A stretch of 64,000 nucleotides of DNA from Peptostreptococcaceae bacterium (GTDB lineage: Bacteria; Bacillota; Clostridia; Peptostreptococcales; Peptostreptococcaceae): the NCBI GenBank assembly GCA_051654865.1, contig JBOFYV010000007.1, positions 32,053-96,052 on the forward strand, given 5' to 3'. The position numbers were made by a program, and so were the translations under genes. The stretch's first letter is position 1; each line of letters opens with the position of its first letter. Below are positions 38,076 to 47,829 of the stretch, piece after piece. A model generated the notes under the pieces. That model saw only the letters and a program-made list of their open reading frames with translations, was not told the DNA's origin and ran no database searches.

Positions 38076-39662
38076 ATGAGAAAGATACTAAATTCTATAA
38101 TTATTTTTTCAGCATTAGTTACTATCACAGGGTGTACATCGACTATTCAAACTGAAGTAAAAAACGAGGTAGAAGAAGAGGTAAAGGAAGTAAAAGAAGA
38201 ACTATTAACATCAATAGAAACATCATACTTAGATAATGAAACTTTATCATACAAAACAAATACAGAATTTGAACATAATAAAGATATAGTATTTCAAAAT
38301 AAATATTCTGATATAGATGGAATATTTACATTTAGAGGAAACTCTCTTAGGAATGCACCTTCATTTGGTAATGCAAAACTAGATAGCAAAGAACTTGAAG
38401 TAGCATGGGAATTTAGAACATCTTCTAGCTCTTGGGGAGGAGGAGCTGGATGGACAGGTCAGCCAAGTATAATCAAGTGGCCAAAAGAACTTAGAGAAAG
38501 TATGAACATATATGATGAATTTAAGAGTAAAGAAGATTTTACAGAGGTTATATATGCAAGCTTAGATGGAAATATATATTTTATAGAGTTAACATCAGGA
38601 AAGCCAACCAGAGATAAAATAAGAGTAGGAAATCCAATAAAGGGAAGTGTAAGTATAGACCCTAGAGGAATACCATTGTTATATGTAGGAGAAGGTATAA
38701 ATGAAAGTGGAACAGTAGGATTTAATATATATAGCTTGATAGATGGATCTCATTTATATGAATTGCCAGGATCTGATTCATTTGCAAGTAGAGGGTGGCC
38801 AGCATTTGATTCATCTGCTATAGTAAACAAAGAAACAGATAGTGTGGTATTAGGTGGAGAGAATGGGTTATTATATAATATAAAATTAAATACAGACTAT
38901 GATAAAAATAACAACACGATAAGCATAGATCCTAAAATAAATAAATATAATTTTTCATCAAATCTAAACAAAGGGCGTTTAGGAATAGAAAACTCAGTAG
39001 CTACATATGCAAACCTTGCTTACTTTGCAGATAATGGTGGAGTAATACAATGTGTAGATTTAAATACTTTAAATCCAGTATGGTCAATAAATGGTTTTGA
39101 TGATATTGATGCTACATTAACTATAGATGTAAAAGAAGGAAAACCATATGTATACTGTGGAAATGAAGTAGACCATCAGGGAACTAGAGGAATCAGTAAA
39201 TTAAAAAAGATTGATGGGCTAACAGGAGAAGTAATTTGGGAAAAAGAATTTGAATGTCAGTCACTATTAGGGAAAAAACCTAATAATGGAGGTCTAATGG
39301 CTACAAATGTAATAGGTAAAAATAATATTGATGACTTAGCAATATTCTCACTAGCAAGATATAATGGATTTAATAAAGGAGGTACGTTTGCTTTAAACAA
39401 AGAAACAGGAGAAATAGTTTGGGAAACTTTATTTGATAATTATATGTGGTCATCACCTGTTGATATATATGATGAAAATGGAAATGGATATATTATCCAA
39501 GGGGACAGTGCGGGGAATTTACATCTATTAGATGGCGAATACGGTAAGAATCTAAATTCAGTATTATTAAATGGAAACATAGAAAGCTCACCTGCAGTAT
39601 ATAACGATATGGTAGTAGTTGCAACTAGAAATGGAACAATATACGGAGTAAAAATAAAATAA
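38076..39662 (+). CDS. lipoprotein with PQQ-like/BamB-like beta-propeller repeats
   Basis: 528 aa; lipobox VTITGC; repeated ...DG.IY..D..TG..VW... propeller blades. Confidence 0.6.
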   Translation: MRKILNSIIIFSALVTITGCTSTIQTEVKNEVEEEVKEVKEELLTSIETSYLDNETLSYKTNTEFEHNKDIVFQNKYSDIDGIFTFRGNSLRNAPSFGNAKLDSKELEVAWEFRTSSSSWGGGAGWTGQPSIIKWPKELRESMNIYDEFKSKEDFTEVIYASLDGNIYFIELTSGKPTRDKIRVGNPIKGSVSIDPRGIPLLYVGEGINESGTVGFNIYSLIDGSHLYELPGSDSFASRGWPAFDSSAIVNKETDSVVLGGENGLLYNIKLNTDYDKNNNTISIDPKINKYNFSSNLNKGRLGIENSVATYANLAYFADNGGVIQCVDLNTLNPVWSINGFDDIDATLTIDVKEGKPYVYCGNEVDHQGTRGISKLKKIDGLTGEVIWEKEFECQSLLGKKPNNGGLMATNVIGKNNIDDLAIFSLARYNGFNKGGTFALNKETGEIVWETLFDNYMWSSPVDIYDENGNGYIIQGDSAGNLHLLDGEYGKNLNSVLLNGNIESSPAVYNDMVVVATRNGTIYGVKIK

Positions 39663-39668
39663 ATTATA

Positions 39669-39722
39669 AAAGTCCCGTTTGTGATAATATTGATTTAGCA
39701 TCATAAATAGGGCTTTTTATTA
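39669..39722 (+). terminator. candidate terminator
   Basis: imperfect hairpin tttgtgat ...14 nt... atcataaa within agtccc...gggc, followed by tttttatt. Confidence 0.35.
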
Positions 39723-39853
39723 TTTTGTTAAAAATATGTAAAGTTTGAATCTGTTGTTTGAAGATAATAAAAGCAGGTATATATATTAAAGATAAAACAT
39801 AAAACTTAAAATATAGTTATTTTTTTAAAAAAATTGAAAAGGGGCTAAAGTTT

Positions 39854-40486
39854 ATGGATTTAATTAGTAAAATAAGAAAAAATACAGGGGCTTTACATAG
39901 TGCGACTGAAAATAGTGGTATTATAAAAAGAATATTAGATGTAAATTCTAATAAAGATGATTATGCAGAGTATTTATTTAATCTATATCCAATGTACAAA
40001 GCAATAGAAGATACTATTGAAAATAATAAATCTAATGAAACTGTAAAAAACTTTGCAACAAAAGAATTATATAAGTCTGAATTAATAAAAGAGGACTTAG
40101 AGTATTTACTAGGTGACAAAATAGACACACTAAAGTTACTACCGTCAACAATAGCTTCAGTAGAAAGAATTCGACAAATAAATGAAAATGAGCCGGAGCT
40201 TATAGTTGCATATGCATACACAAGATTTATAGCAGACTTATTTGGAGGACGTACTTTTGCTACATTATTAAGTGAGAAATACGAACTACCAACAGAAGCT
40301 CTAAATTATTATAATTGTGAAGGTATAAAAGATATTAGAGGCTATGTAATGAACTATGCTTCTAAAATAAATAATATAGAATTAACAAAAGAGAAGGAAG
40401 ATAAAATTTTAAATGAAGTAAGTAATGCATATATATATAACTTAGGAATATCATGTGAATTAGAGGCTAAATTGAATAAAAAGTAA
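39854..40486 (+). CDS. heme oxygenase (HO-1/HemO-like, biliverdin-producing) family protein
   Basis: 210 aa; N-terminal LHSATENSGIIKRIL...YAEYLFNLYPMYKAIE matches the heme oxygenase proximal helix pattern. Confidence 0.5.
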   Translation: MDLISKIRKNTGALHSATENSGIIKRILDVNSNKDDYAEYLFNLYPMYKAIEDTIENNKSNETVKNFATKELYKSELIKEDLEYLLGDKIDTLKLLPSTIASVERIRQINENEPELIVAYAYTRFIADLFGGRTFATLLSEKYELPTEALNYYNCEGIKDIRGYVMNYASKINNIELTKEKEDKILNEVSNAYIYNLGISCELEAKLNKK

Positions 40487-40694
40487 CTATAATGAAAACG
40501 TATAAACAAATTAATCACCCCCATATGAGTTAAAATAAACTTATATGGGGGTATTTCTTATATATAATACCGCGAAATAATACAATGAATTAATAATATT
40601 TTATAAATAATACTTTAAACATCAAATAAAAATAGCACAATAAAATAGTTGCTGTCATATTATAAAGAAAATATATAAATAGGGGGCAATTATT

Positions 40695-41201
40695 ATGAAA
40701 AAGTATATTGATAATAAAAATAGACCTGGTGGAATTGTAATATTCCCACCGGGAGGAGGACCAGGACCGGTTATATATCCACCAAATACATTTCCACCTA
40801 TACCGCCATTACCACAACCAGAAAATGATAAGTTTAAGGTGAAAATAAAATCAGTATTTGAAAATGGATTTGTAGTAGTTGGGGAAAATGGATATTTATA
40901 CGTAGCTGAAGATAAGTATACTAAAAATGCAGTATTTAAATTGATATTTGATAAAAATCAAGTAAAAATCAAGTATATAAATGATAACTTTATAAGAGTT
41001 GATCAAAGGGGATTCTTGATAGCTGATACCAATAAAAAAGGTGCTACAGTATTTAATTTATATAAAGTGGACAAGGAACAATATGTATTACAAGCTCCAA
41101 ATGGATATTATGTAAGAGTAAGGGATAAAGATAATTTACTAGTAGCAAAAGCTGAAAAAGCAGGGCCAAGAACTATATTTAAATTTAAAATGGTAGATTA
41201 A
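40695..41201 (+). CDS. beta-trefoil (fascin-like) domain protein with Pro/Gly-rich N-terminal linker
   Basis: 168 aa; three pseudo-repeats of about 40 aa; PPGGGPGPVIYPPNTFPPIPPLPQP segment; no signal peptide. Confidence 0.4.
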   Translation: MKKYIDNKNRPGGIVIFPPGGGPGPVIYPPNTFPPIPPLPQPENDKFKVKIKSVFENGFVVVGENGYLYVAEDKYTKNAVFKLIFDKNQVKIKYINDNFIRVDQRGFLIADTNKKGATVFNLYKVDKEQYVLQAPNGYYVRVRDKDNLLVAKAEKAGPRTIFKFKMVD

Positions 41202-41220
41202 ATGAAGCTGTATAATAATA

Positions 41221-41275
41221 AAGCTGTATCCTAGAAATTATATGATATAATCCTAAGGTGTAGCTTTATTGTTAT
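41221..41275 (+). terminator. candidate terminator
   Basis: aagctgtatcctag ... ctaaggtgtagctt imperfect hairpin followed by tattgttat. Confidence 0.4.
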
Positions 41276-41448
41276 ATGAATAATATTCGTGATTATATGA
41301 GTATAACCTAGGATTGATTTGTTTAATTTATTATAAACGAGATAAAATACGAACTAAATTTTAAAAAAAATAAAAAATATATGGAAAAAATAAACGCGTT
41401 GTGCTAATATTATAAATGTAAAACACAGGAAACTAGGGGGACTAATAA

Positions 41449-42777
41449 ATGAAGAATGGATCAATTTATGAATTAGAAGGGAAAGTTGCTTTAAACAAAG
41501 CTATACCTTTAGGAATACAACATGTATTAGCTATGTTTTTAGGAAATATATCACCACTTATAATTATTAGTGGAATGTTAAATATGCCAATAGAAATGAA
41601 AACTATGTTAATTCAAAATGCAATGTTTGTAGCAGGAATAGCAACATTAATTCAGTTATACCCAGTATTTAAAGTAGGAGCGGGACTACCAATTGTAATG
41701 GGAACTAGTTCTGGATTTATAGGAACAGCAAAAGCAATAGGAGCAACTTATGGATATGGAGCAATACTAGGAGCATCACTTGTAGGTGCTATTATAGAAA
41801 TGTTCTTAGGATTTTTTATAAAACCACTTAAAAAGTTATTTCCACCTATAGTAACAAGTCTAGTAGTTATAGCTATAGGGTTATCTCTTTTACCAGTTGG
41901 GATTAAATACTTTGGTGGAGGAGTAGGAGCAAGTGATTTTGGTAGTACTAATCATTTATTAGTAGGAACAACAGTTATCATAACAATATTAATACTAAAG
42001 CAATTTAAAGGATTTATAGGAGAATCATCAATTTTATTAGGAATTGTAGTAGGATACATATTAGCAATAGTACTTGGAATGGTAGATTTTACTCAAGTAA
42101 AAGAGGCTGAATGGTTAAGTTTACCTAGACCATTTGTAACAGGAATAGAGTTTAATATACAAGCAATAATAGCAATGACAATAATGTTTATAGCAACAAC
42201 AGTAGAAACAATAGGAGATATATCTGGAATTACAAATGGTGGACTAGATAGAGAGCCAACTGACAAAGAATTAGCAGGTGGAGTAATGGCAGATGGGGTC
42301 GCAAGTTTTATAGGAGCTTTATTTGGGGTATTACCAAATACATCATTTAGTCAAAATGTTGGATTAGTAGCAGTTACTAAAGTTGTAAATAAGTTTGTAA
42401 TAATGACAGGGGCAGTATTTTTAATAATATGTGGATTTGTACCAAAGCTAAGTGCAATATTTTCTGTAATGCCTCAATCTGTACTTGGTGGAGCAGCAGT
42501 TATAATGTTTGCAATGATTTTAGTAAGTGGGCTTCAATCATTAACAAGAGAAAAAATAGATGGAAGAAATGGACTTATAATAGCAGTATCAATAGGAATT
42601 GGTGTGGGAATAGGAAATGTACCTGAAGTACTTTCACAGCTACCAGAGTGGGTATCTAATATATTTGCTCAAAATGGAATAATTATGACATTTGTAATAG
42701 CTACTGTACTTAATTTAGTTTTACCTAAAGATAAAGAAGAAGGTATAAAAGTAGAAAATAAGCTTATAATTGAATAG
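41449..42777 (+). CDS. NCS2-family nucleobase:cation symporter (xanthine/uracil permease)
   Basis: 442 aa; IPLGIQHVLAMFLGNISP NCS2 signature; 12-14 TM; RBS agggggac. Confidence 0.8.
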   Translation: MKNGSIYELEGKVALNKAIPLGIQHVLAMFLGNISPLIIISGMLNMPIEMKTMLIQNAMFVAGIATLIQLYPVFKVGAGLPIVMGTSSGFIGTAKAIGATYGYGAILGASLVGAIIEMFLGFFIKPLKKLFPPIVTSLVVIAIGLSLLPVGIKYFGGGVGASDFGSTNHLLVGTTVIITILILKQFKGFIGESSILLGIVVGYILAIVLGMVDFTQVKEAEWLSLPRPFVTGIEFNIQAIIAMTIMFIATTVETIGDISGITNGGLDREPTDKELAGGVMADGVASFIGALFGVLPNTSFSQNVGLVAVTKVVNKFVIMTGAVFLIICGFVPKLSAIFSVMPQSVLGGAAVIMFAMILVSGLQSLTREKIDGRNGLIIAVSIGIGVGIGNVPEVLSQLPEWVSNIFAQNGIIMTFVIATVLNLVLPKDKEEGIKVENKLIIE

Positions 42778-42780
42778 CCT

Positions 42781-42845
42781 AAAATCAAAAGTGTATCAAT
42801 ATAAATATTATTATATTGATACACTTTTGATTTATTATTTTTTAA
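42781..42845. terminator. bidirectional terminator with a 21-bp perfect stem
   Basis: aaatcaaaagtgtatcaatat aaatattatt atattgatacacttttgattt followed by attatttttt. Confidence 0.75.
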
Positions 42846-43290
42846 TAATAAAATCCTTTATATATCCGTAAGACTCATAATTATCAAACATAGGTATAGA
42901 TGAATCAAATTTAACATAAATAGGTGTATTAATAAGCTCTGGGTATTTTATGAATAAATCCTTATCACCATAAAATATAGCTTCTAGGGCTAATCTCATA
43001 TGGTATTTAAAAGCGGCATATTTCATAGATGCACTAAAAAAATCTGACTCGTTAACATAAGCATAAAAATATAATTTATAAGAAACATCCTCAGACATTT
43101 TCCAAGAACCTAAAAGTTCATCTCTTAAATCTTTGTTTATAGCTTCATAATTAAAAAAATCAGCTATATTCAAAAACATCATACCAGTATCATCAGAATG
43201 GGTAAGGGTGTACTTTCTATTTTCAATAGGTCCAAAAGGAGTCATAGGTTCAATAAACGTAGTTTCTAATTTATTAGGGTTAAATTTCAT
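42835..43290 (-). CDS. STAY-GREEN (SGR) family protein homolog (Mg-dechelatase-like)
   Basis: 151 aa; YTLTHSD block and C-terminal GDKDLFIKYPEL...VKFDSSIPMFDNYES match, as I recall them, the plant SGR/NYE1 blocks (YTLTHSD; GDGNLLNNYPEL..VYFHSN.PEFNKVE). Confidence 0.6.
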   Translation of the reverse strand: MKFNPNKLETTFIEPMTPFGPIENRKYTLTHSDDTGMMFLNIADFFNYEAINKDLRDELLGSWKMSEDVSYKLYFYAYVNESDFFSASMKYAAFKYHMRLALEAIFYGDKDLFIKYPELINTPIYVKFDSSIPMFDNYESYGYIKDFIIKK

Positions 43291-43513
43291 ATAATCACCA
43301 CCATATAGTTTTCATAGTAATATAATATAGAAACTATATAGTATAAGTTACTAATTAAGGCCATACTGTTAAAATAAGAGTGATATAATAATATTACTCT
43401 AAATGGTGCCGCAGCTATGAGGTGTGTAAGATTTCTATGAAGAAGGATTAATATTAGAAAAATTAGGATTTGGAGGACTGAATAAAAAGGAATTAATAGA
43501 TAATGTATAAAAT

Positions 43514-43578
43514 ATAAGAACAAAACAATAGCACTTATATCTAGCTAATATAAGTGCTGTTGTTTTGTTCTTATAAGA
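43514..43578. repeat. 27-bp near-perfect inverted repeat (hairpin) in the intergenic region
   Basis: ataagaacaaaacaatagcacttatat ctagctaat atataagtgctgttgttttgttcttat (one A/G wobble). Confidence 0.7.
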
Positions 43579-43643
43579 CTATTGTTATATTATACTACCT
43601 ATGATATACTTCAAAAGAATATGTAATAAAAGTGAGGTTTAAA

Positions 43644-44951
43644 ATGAAAAAAACGAATTCTTTTAAGGTGATAATCCTTACAATCTTAATGTTGACAATG
43701 AATAGCATTACAAGTATTGTAAATGCTCAGAATAATCTAGGGAAGATTGAGGGAATAATTGCCGAATCAGCGATAGTTATGGATATGGATACAGGGGAAG
43801 TTATAGCTTCAAAAAATGCGGATAAAGAAATGCCTGTAGCAAGTACAATTAAGCTATTAACATCTTTAATATTTGCGGAAAATAAGTCTAAAAATGATAC
43901 TATATCATTTACTGAAGATTCATTAAAAACAACTATAACAGCATTAAATAACTTTAAGAAATTAAATGTTGGAGATACAATCTCAGCTAATGATTTAATG
44001 AAAGCAGTAATGATTTTCTCGGCTAATGATGCTGCATACTTAATGGCAGATTCAGTGGCTGGAAACTCAAAAGATTTTGTAAAAATGATGAATGAGAAAG
44101 TTAAGTCATTCGGGCTTAAAGATACTCACATTGTAAATCCATGTGGATTAGAGTCAGATGCAATAAATCCAGAAAATAAAGAAATAAATACATCAACGGC
44201 TTATGATATGGCAATAATTGCAAGTCAAGCTTATAAAAATGAATGGATTAGAGATATAGTATCAGATAAATACAAAAAGACATCAATAGATTTATCAGGA
44301 TCACCATTATACATTGATTCAAGAAACAAAATATTAGGTGAAGTTGGCAATATTGGAGGTAAAACAGGGAATGAGACTAAAGCAGGTCATTGTTTTGTGG
44401 GTTACTTTGAAAGAGATGGAAGAAAGTTAGTTACTGTTGCTCTTAAATCGCAATATGGAGCAGATGGGATGAATGTATTTAACGATACTAAAAAGATAGC
44501 AGACACAGGATATGAAACAAAAAAGCAAGTATATAAAAAAGCTAATGAAGAAATAGGAAGTATAGATTTAGAATTCAAAGCATTTAGATTCTTTGGGCCA
44601 ACAAAGAGTATAAATGCTCCAGTAATAGCTACAGAAGATATAATGTACTACAAAAACGATATAAACGATAAAAATGCAAAGTTAGATATAGATGATAAAA
44701 ATAACAATGCATGGAAATTAGCAAACAAAGAAGTAGAAATGAAACTTTCATTACCAAATAATAACTCAAAGATATCAGGAAAGATAGATATATCAACATT
44801 TGATTTATTAAAAATGAATGCAGGATTATACGTAGGTACTATGTTAGGTATAGTTATACTAGGGTTAATAATAATATTTATAGTTAAATTAATAAATGAT
44901 AGAAATAGAAGTAGTAGAAGAAGATATAAAAATAGATATAGAAGAAGATAG
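43644..44951 (+). CDS. D-alanyl-D-alanine carboxypeptidase (low-MW PBP, peptidase S11) with C-terminal membrane anchor and Arg-rich tail
   Basis: SxxK (ASTIKLL), SxN (FSANDAA) and KTG (GGKTGNE) motifs; signal peptide; ATG 43644 preceded by gtgagg. Confidence 0.75.
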   Translation: MKKTNSFKVIILTILMLTMNSITSIVNAQNNLGKIEGIIAESAIVMDMDTGEVIASKNADKEMPVASTIKLLTSLIFAENKSKNDTISFTEDSLKTTITALNNFKKLNVGDTISANDLMKAVMIFSANDAAYLMADSVAGNSKDFVKMMNEKVKSFGLKDTHIVNPCGLESDAINPENKEINTSTAYDMAIIASQAYKNEWIRDIVSDKYKKTSIDLSGSPLYIDSRNKILGEVGNIGGKTGNETKAGHCFVGYFERDGRKLVTVALKSQYGADGMNVFNDTKKIADTGYETKKQVYKKANEEIGSIDLEFKAFRFFGPTKSINAPVIATEDIMYYKNDINDKNAKLDIDDKNNNAWKLANKEVEMKLSLPNNNSKISGKIDISTFDLLKMNAGLYVGTMLGIVILGLIIIFIVKLINDRNRSSRRRYKNRYRRR

Positions 44952-44954
44952 ATA

Positions 44955-45000
44955 AAATCTCTCCTCAAATTTGATTTCAAATTAGGAGAGATTTTTTTAA
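44955..45000 (+). terminator. rho-independent terminator
   Basis: aaatctctcct ...18 nt... aggagagattttttt. Confidence 0.75.
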
Positions 45001-45082
45001 AGATTACAAATATTTACAAAGTATAGAAACTACAATTAACCTCTGATACAATTTAACTAACATTTAACAAGGGGGAATCAAA

Positions 45083-45982
45083 ATGGATGATAATGAAGTA
45101 AAACAAGTAGATAAGAAAAAAAATAATAACGCAGTTAAAATACTAAAGACAGTATCAATAGCAATACCACTCATAATAATATTAGGAATGTTAGCAGTTA
45201 CATGTACTACAACTATAAAACAAGGGCATGTAGGGGCAGTATACGATAGATTTAAAAAAGGTATACAAAATTATACCTTGTCAGAAGGATTAAACTTCAA
45301 AGCACCATGGCAAAGTGTAAATCAATTCCCAGTATCAATAGAAACTGTATATATGAGTAAAGATACTAGAGAAGGATCAAAAGAGGATGAGTCAATACTA
45401 ATAAGCTGTAATGATGGTTCATTAAGTGCAGATCTAACATTTAGTTATAGATTTAAATCAGAGGATGTACCAAAAGTACAAAAACAATATAGGGGTAAAG
45501 ATGGTCAAGAAATAATGAACAGTGTCCTTAGAGGGCAATTAAGAAGCTGGATAAGTGAGGTAACAAAAAACTATTCTACAATGGAAGTGCATTTAACTAA
45601 AAAAGAAGTAGTAAATGAAAAATTAACAGAACATCTAAACAAAAAGGCTAAAAAGTATGGTGTACTATTTGAAAATGTATCTTTAGCAGAAACTAGAGCT
45701 TCAAAAGAAGTTCAAGAGGCTATAGAAAAAAGGCAACAAATAAGCCAAGAAGTAGAACAACAGCGTTTACAACTAGAAAAAGCAGAAATAGCAAAACAAG
45801 CAGCTCAACTTGAAGCAGAAAGAAAAATAATTCAAGCAGAAGGTGAGAAAAAAGCAAATGAAATAAAAGCACAAGGTTTAGATGAAAGAATACTTAGAGA
45901 AATGTATATAAAAAAATGGGATGGTAAATTACCACAAGTAATGGACTCTAAATCTAGTATAATGCTAGATATGAATAATTGA
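45083..45982 (+). CDS. SPFH/band-7 (stomatin/prohibitin/HflC-like) domain membrane protein
   Basis: 299 aa; N-terminal TM helix then SPFH core; C-terminal coiled-coil EQQRLQLEKAEIAKQAAQLEAERK. Confidence 0.7.
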   Translation: MDDNEVKQVDKKKNNNAVKILKTVSIAIPLIIILGMLAVTCTTTIKQGHVGAVYDRFKKGIQNYTLSEGLNFKAPWQSVNQFPVSIETVYMSKDTREGSKEDESILISCNDGSLSADLTFSYRFKSEDVPKVQKQYRGKDGQEIMNSVLRGQLRSWISEVTKNYSTMEVHLTKKEVVNEKLTEHLNKKAKKYGVLFENVSLAETRASKEVQEAIEKRQQISQEVEQQRLQLEKAEIAKQAAQLEAERKIIQAEGEKKANEIKAQGLDERILREMYIKKWDGKLPQVMDSKSSIMLDMNN

Positions 45983-46000
45983 TAAAATATATTAAACTTT

Positions 46001-46040
46001 AAAAGTTATATTCTAATATAGAATATAGCTTTTAATTTAA
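46001..46040 (+). terminator. rho-independent terminator
   Basis: aaagttatattcta ata tagaatatagcttttaattt. Confidence 0.6.
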
Positions 46041-46172
46041 TATATTCTAGGTATTTAACTTTATCTAAAGGTTATTATATAAATAGATGATTAAAATTTT
46101 CCTCAATAATAAATTTGCTTATTTTCCAATAAAGTAGTATATTCATAGTAGGAAATTTTTAGGAGGACTCAT

Positions 46173-46799
46173 ATGAAATACATGACAAAAGAAGAATTAG
46201 AACAAAAAGATTTAATATCACAATTTTCAGTAGTAGATGGTAAGCTAGTATTAAATGCAGGTTGTGAATACACAACTAACTTTAATACTGGAGACATAGT
46301 AGTATATAAAAACGATACAACAAAAGTTGGAGTTGTATCTTTTATAGAAGAAGACGAATTAACTATAAAGTGGACAAACAATGAAGAGACTACAGAAGCT
46401 CCATCTAATTTAATAATAGTTCCACCAACTGTCGGTATAGAGTTATTAGAAAAAAGCCCTTTACTGAGATTATGGGAAGAATTATCTAATGGTAAAAGTG
46501 AAGACTTTGATTTAAAATGCATTTACGTAGGAGAGAACGTAATAAACGAAGTTCCTTTTGTGAAAGCTTTTAAAAATACTAACACTATATTAGATAAAAA
46601 ATTTAAAAGAACTTTTACACTTCACAGAAAGTTTGGACCTACACAAATTTTTAAAACAAGCCTATATACAATTTCTAATGGTAAAGTAGGGATAGACGCC
46701 TCAAGATATGTTTATTACCTATTAAAAGATAATGTTGTTTATTATTTAGGTATTGATTTAAACGATGCAAAGTTAGCGACTTACTTATTCAACAAATAA
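46173..46799 (+). CDS. hypothetical protein
   Basis: 208 aa; RBS aggagga; no recognisable domain. Confidence 0.45.
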   Translation: MKYMTKEELEQKDLISQFSVVDGKLVLNAGCEYTTNFNTGDIVVYKNDTTKVGVVSFIEEDELTIKWTNNEETTEAPSNLIIVPPTVGIELLEKSPLLRLWEELSNGKSEDFDLKCIYVGENVINEVPFVKAFKNTNTILDKKFKRTFTLHRKFGPTQIFKTSLYTISNGKVGIDASRYVYYLLKDNVVYYLGIDLNDAKLATYLFNK

Positions 46800-46807
46800 G
46801 CTAAATA

Positions 46808-46855
46808 AAAAAAGGACCTATCTCAAAGTCAAAATAGAGACAGGTCCTTTTTAAG
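46808..46855. terminator. bidirectional terminator
   Basis: aaaggacctatctc ...12 nt... gagacaggtccttttt. Confidence 0.75.
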
Positions 46856-46862
46856 TTAAACA

Positions 46863-47642
46863 TTATCTTTCAAATAAATTACCAAGAGAACCTAGTATAC
46901 TTCCTTCGCCCTTGTTATCACCATATAATTGAGGAGCTGAAGCAAATACTCTAGAAGCTAAGCGGCTAAAGGGTAAACTTTGTATCCACACACTGCCAGG
47001 ACCAGTAAGAGTGGCAAAGAACAATCCTTCTCCACCAAATAAACTATTTTTAATACCACCTACAAATTGAATATCATACCTAATATCTTGAGTCATAGCT
47101 ACTAAGCATCCTGTATCTACCTTTAACTTTTCACCAGGAGAGAGCTTTTTCTCTATAATAGTACCACCAGCATGAATAAAGCATAGCCCATCACCTTCTA
47201 GTTTTTGAAGAATAAATCCCTCTCCACCAAAAAAACCAACACTAAGTTTTTTTCTAAAATCTATTCCAATACTTACACCTTTAGCAGCACATAAAAAAGA
47301 GTCCTTTTGGCAGATTAACTTACCTCCGACATTATATAAATCTACAGGTATTATTTTACCTGGATAAGGAGAAGCAAAAGATACCTTTTGTTTGCCTCTA
47401 TAAGAGTTTGTAAAGGCTGTCATAAATAGATTCTCACCAGTTAATACCCTTTTAGCAGCACCAAATAGTTTATTACCAACCTTTTGGCTACCATCTCCAA
47501 ATATAGTTTCCATAGTAATACCTTCATCCATCATCATCATAGCTCCAGCTTCAGCTACCACCGCCTCGTTATGATCAAGTTCTATTTCAACAAATTGCAT
47601 ATCATCCCCGTACAATTTGTAATCTACATTATGTGATCTCAT
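46863..47642 (-). CDS. TIGR00266/AIM24 (DUF124) family protein
   Basis: family N-terminal block [26 protein letters not shown] 47642 preceded by GGGAGGAG; ORF track extends to a TTG at 47657. Confidence 0.6.
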   Translation of the reverse strand: MRSHNVDYKLYGDDMQFVEIELDHNEAVVAEAGAMMMMDEGITMETIFGDGSQKVGNKLFGAAKRVLTGENLFMTAFTNSYRGKQKVSFASPYPGKIIPVDLYNVGGKLICQKDSFLCAAKGVSIGIDFRKKLSVGFFGGEGFILQKLEGDGLCFIHAGGTIIEKKLSPGEKLKVDTGCLVAMTQDIRYDIQFVGGIKNSLFGGEGLFFATLTGPGSVWIQSLPFSRLASRVFASAPQLYGDNKGEGSILGSLGNLFER

Positions 47643-47829
47643 ATGTACTCCTCCCAAATTTTTCTCTATATATTAATACATTAATTATATGCTTTTATAT
47701 AAAGATAAATTACAAATATACTTAACAATTTAAATGCAATCCAAATGTTGAAAAATGTCATAGAGTGGCGTATAATGTGATGTGGAAAAAATTAACATAA
47801 TATAAAAATTATAATTAGGAGGAAATATT

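Noticed and set aside
41202-41448. Possible purine riboswitch upstream of the NCS2 xanthine/uracil permease
   Set aside because: The conserved purine-aptamer elements (UAUA junction, GUUUCUACC, CCGUAAAU, GACUAUG) are absent. Only a terminator-like hairpin and AT-rich promoter sequence are present.
43287-43523. 78-aa hydrophobic ORF upstream of the SGR-like gene
   Set aside because: It consists of promoter-region AT-rich sequence, has no RBS, and overlaps the 27-bp hairpin. Probably non-coding.
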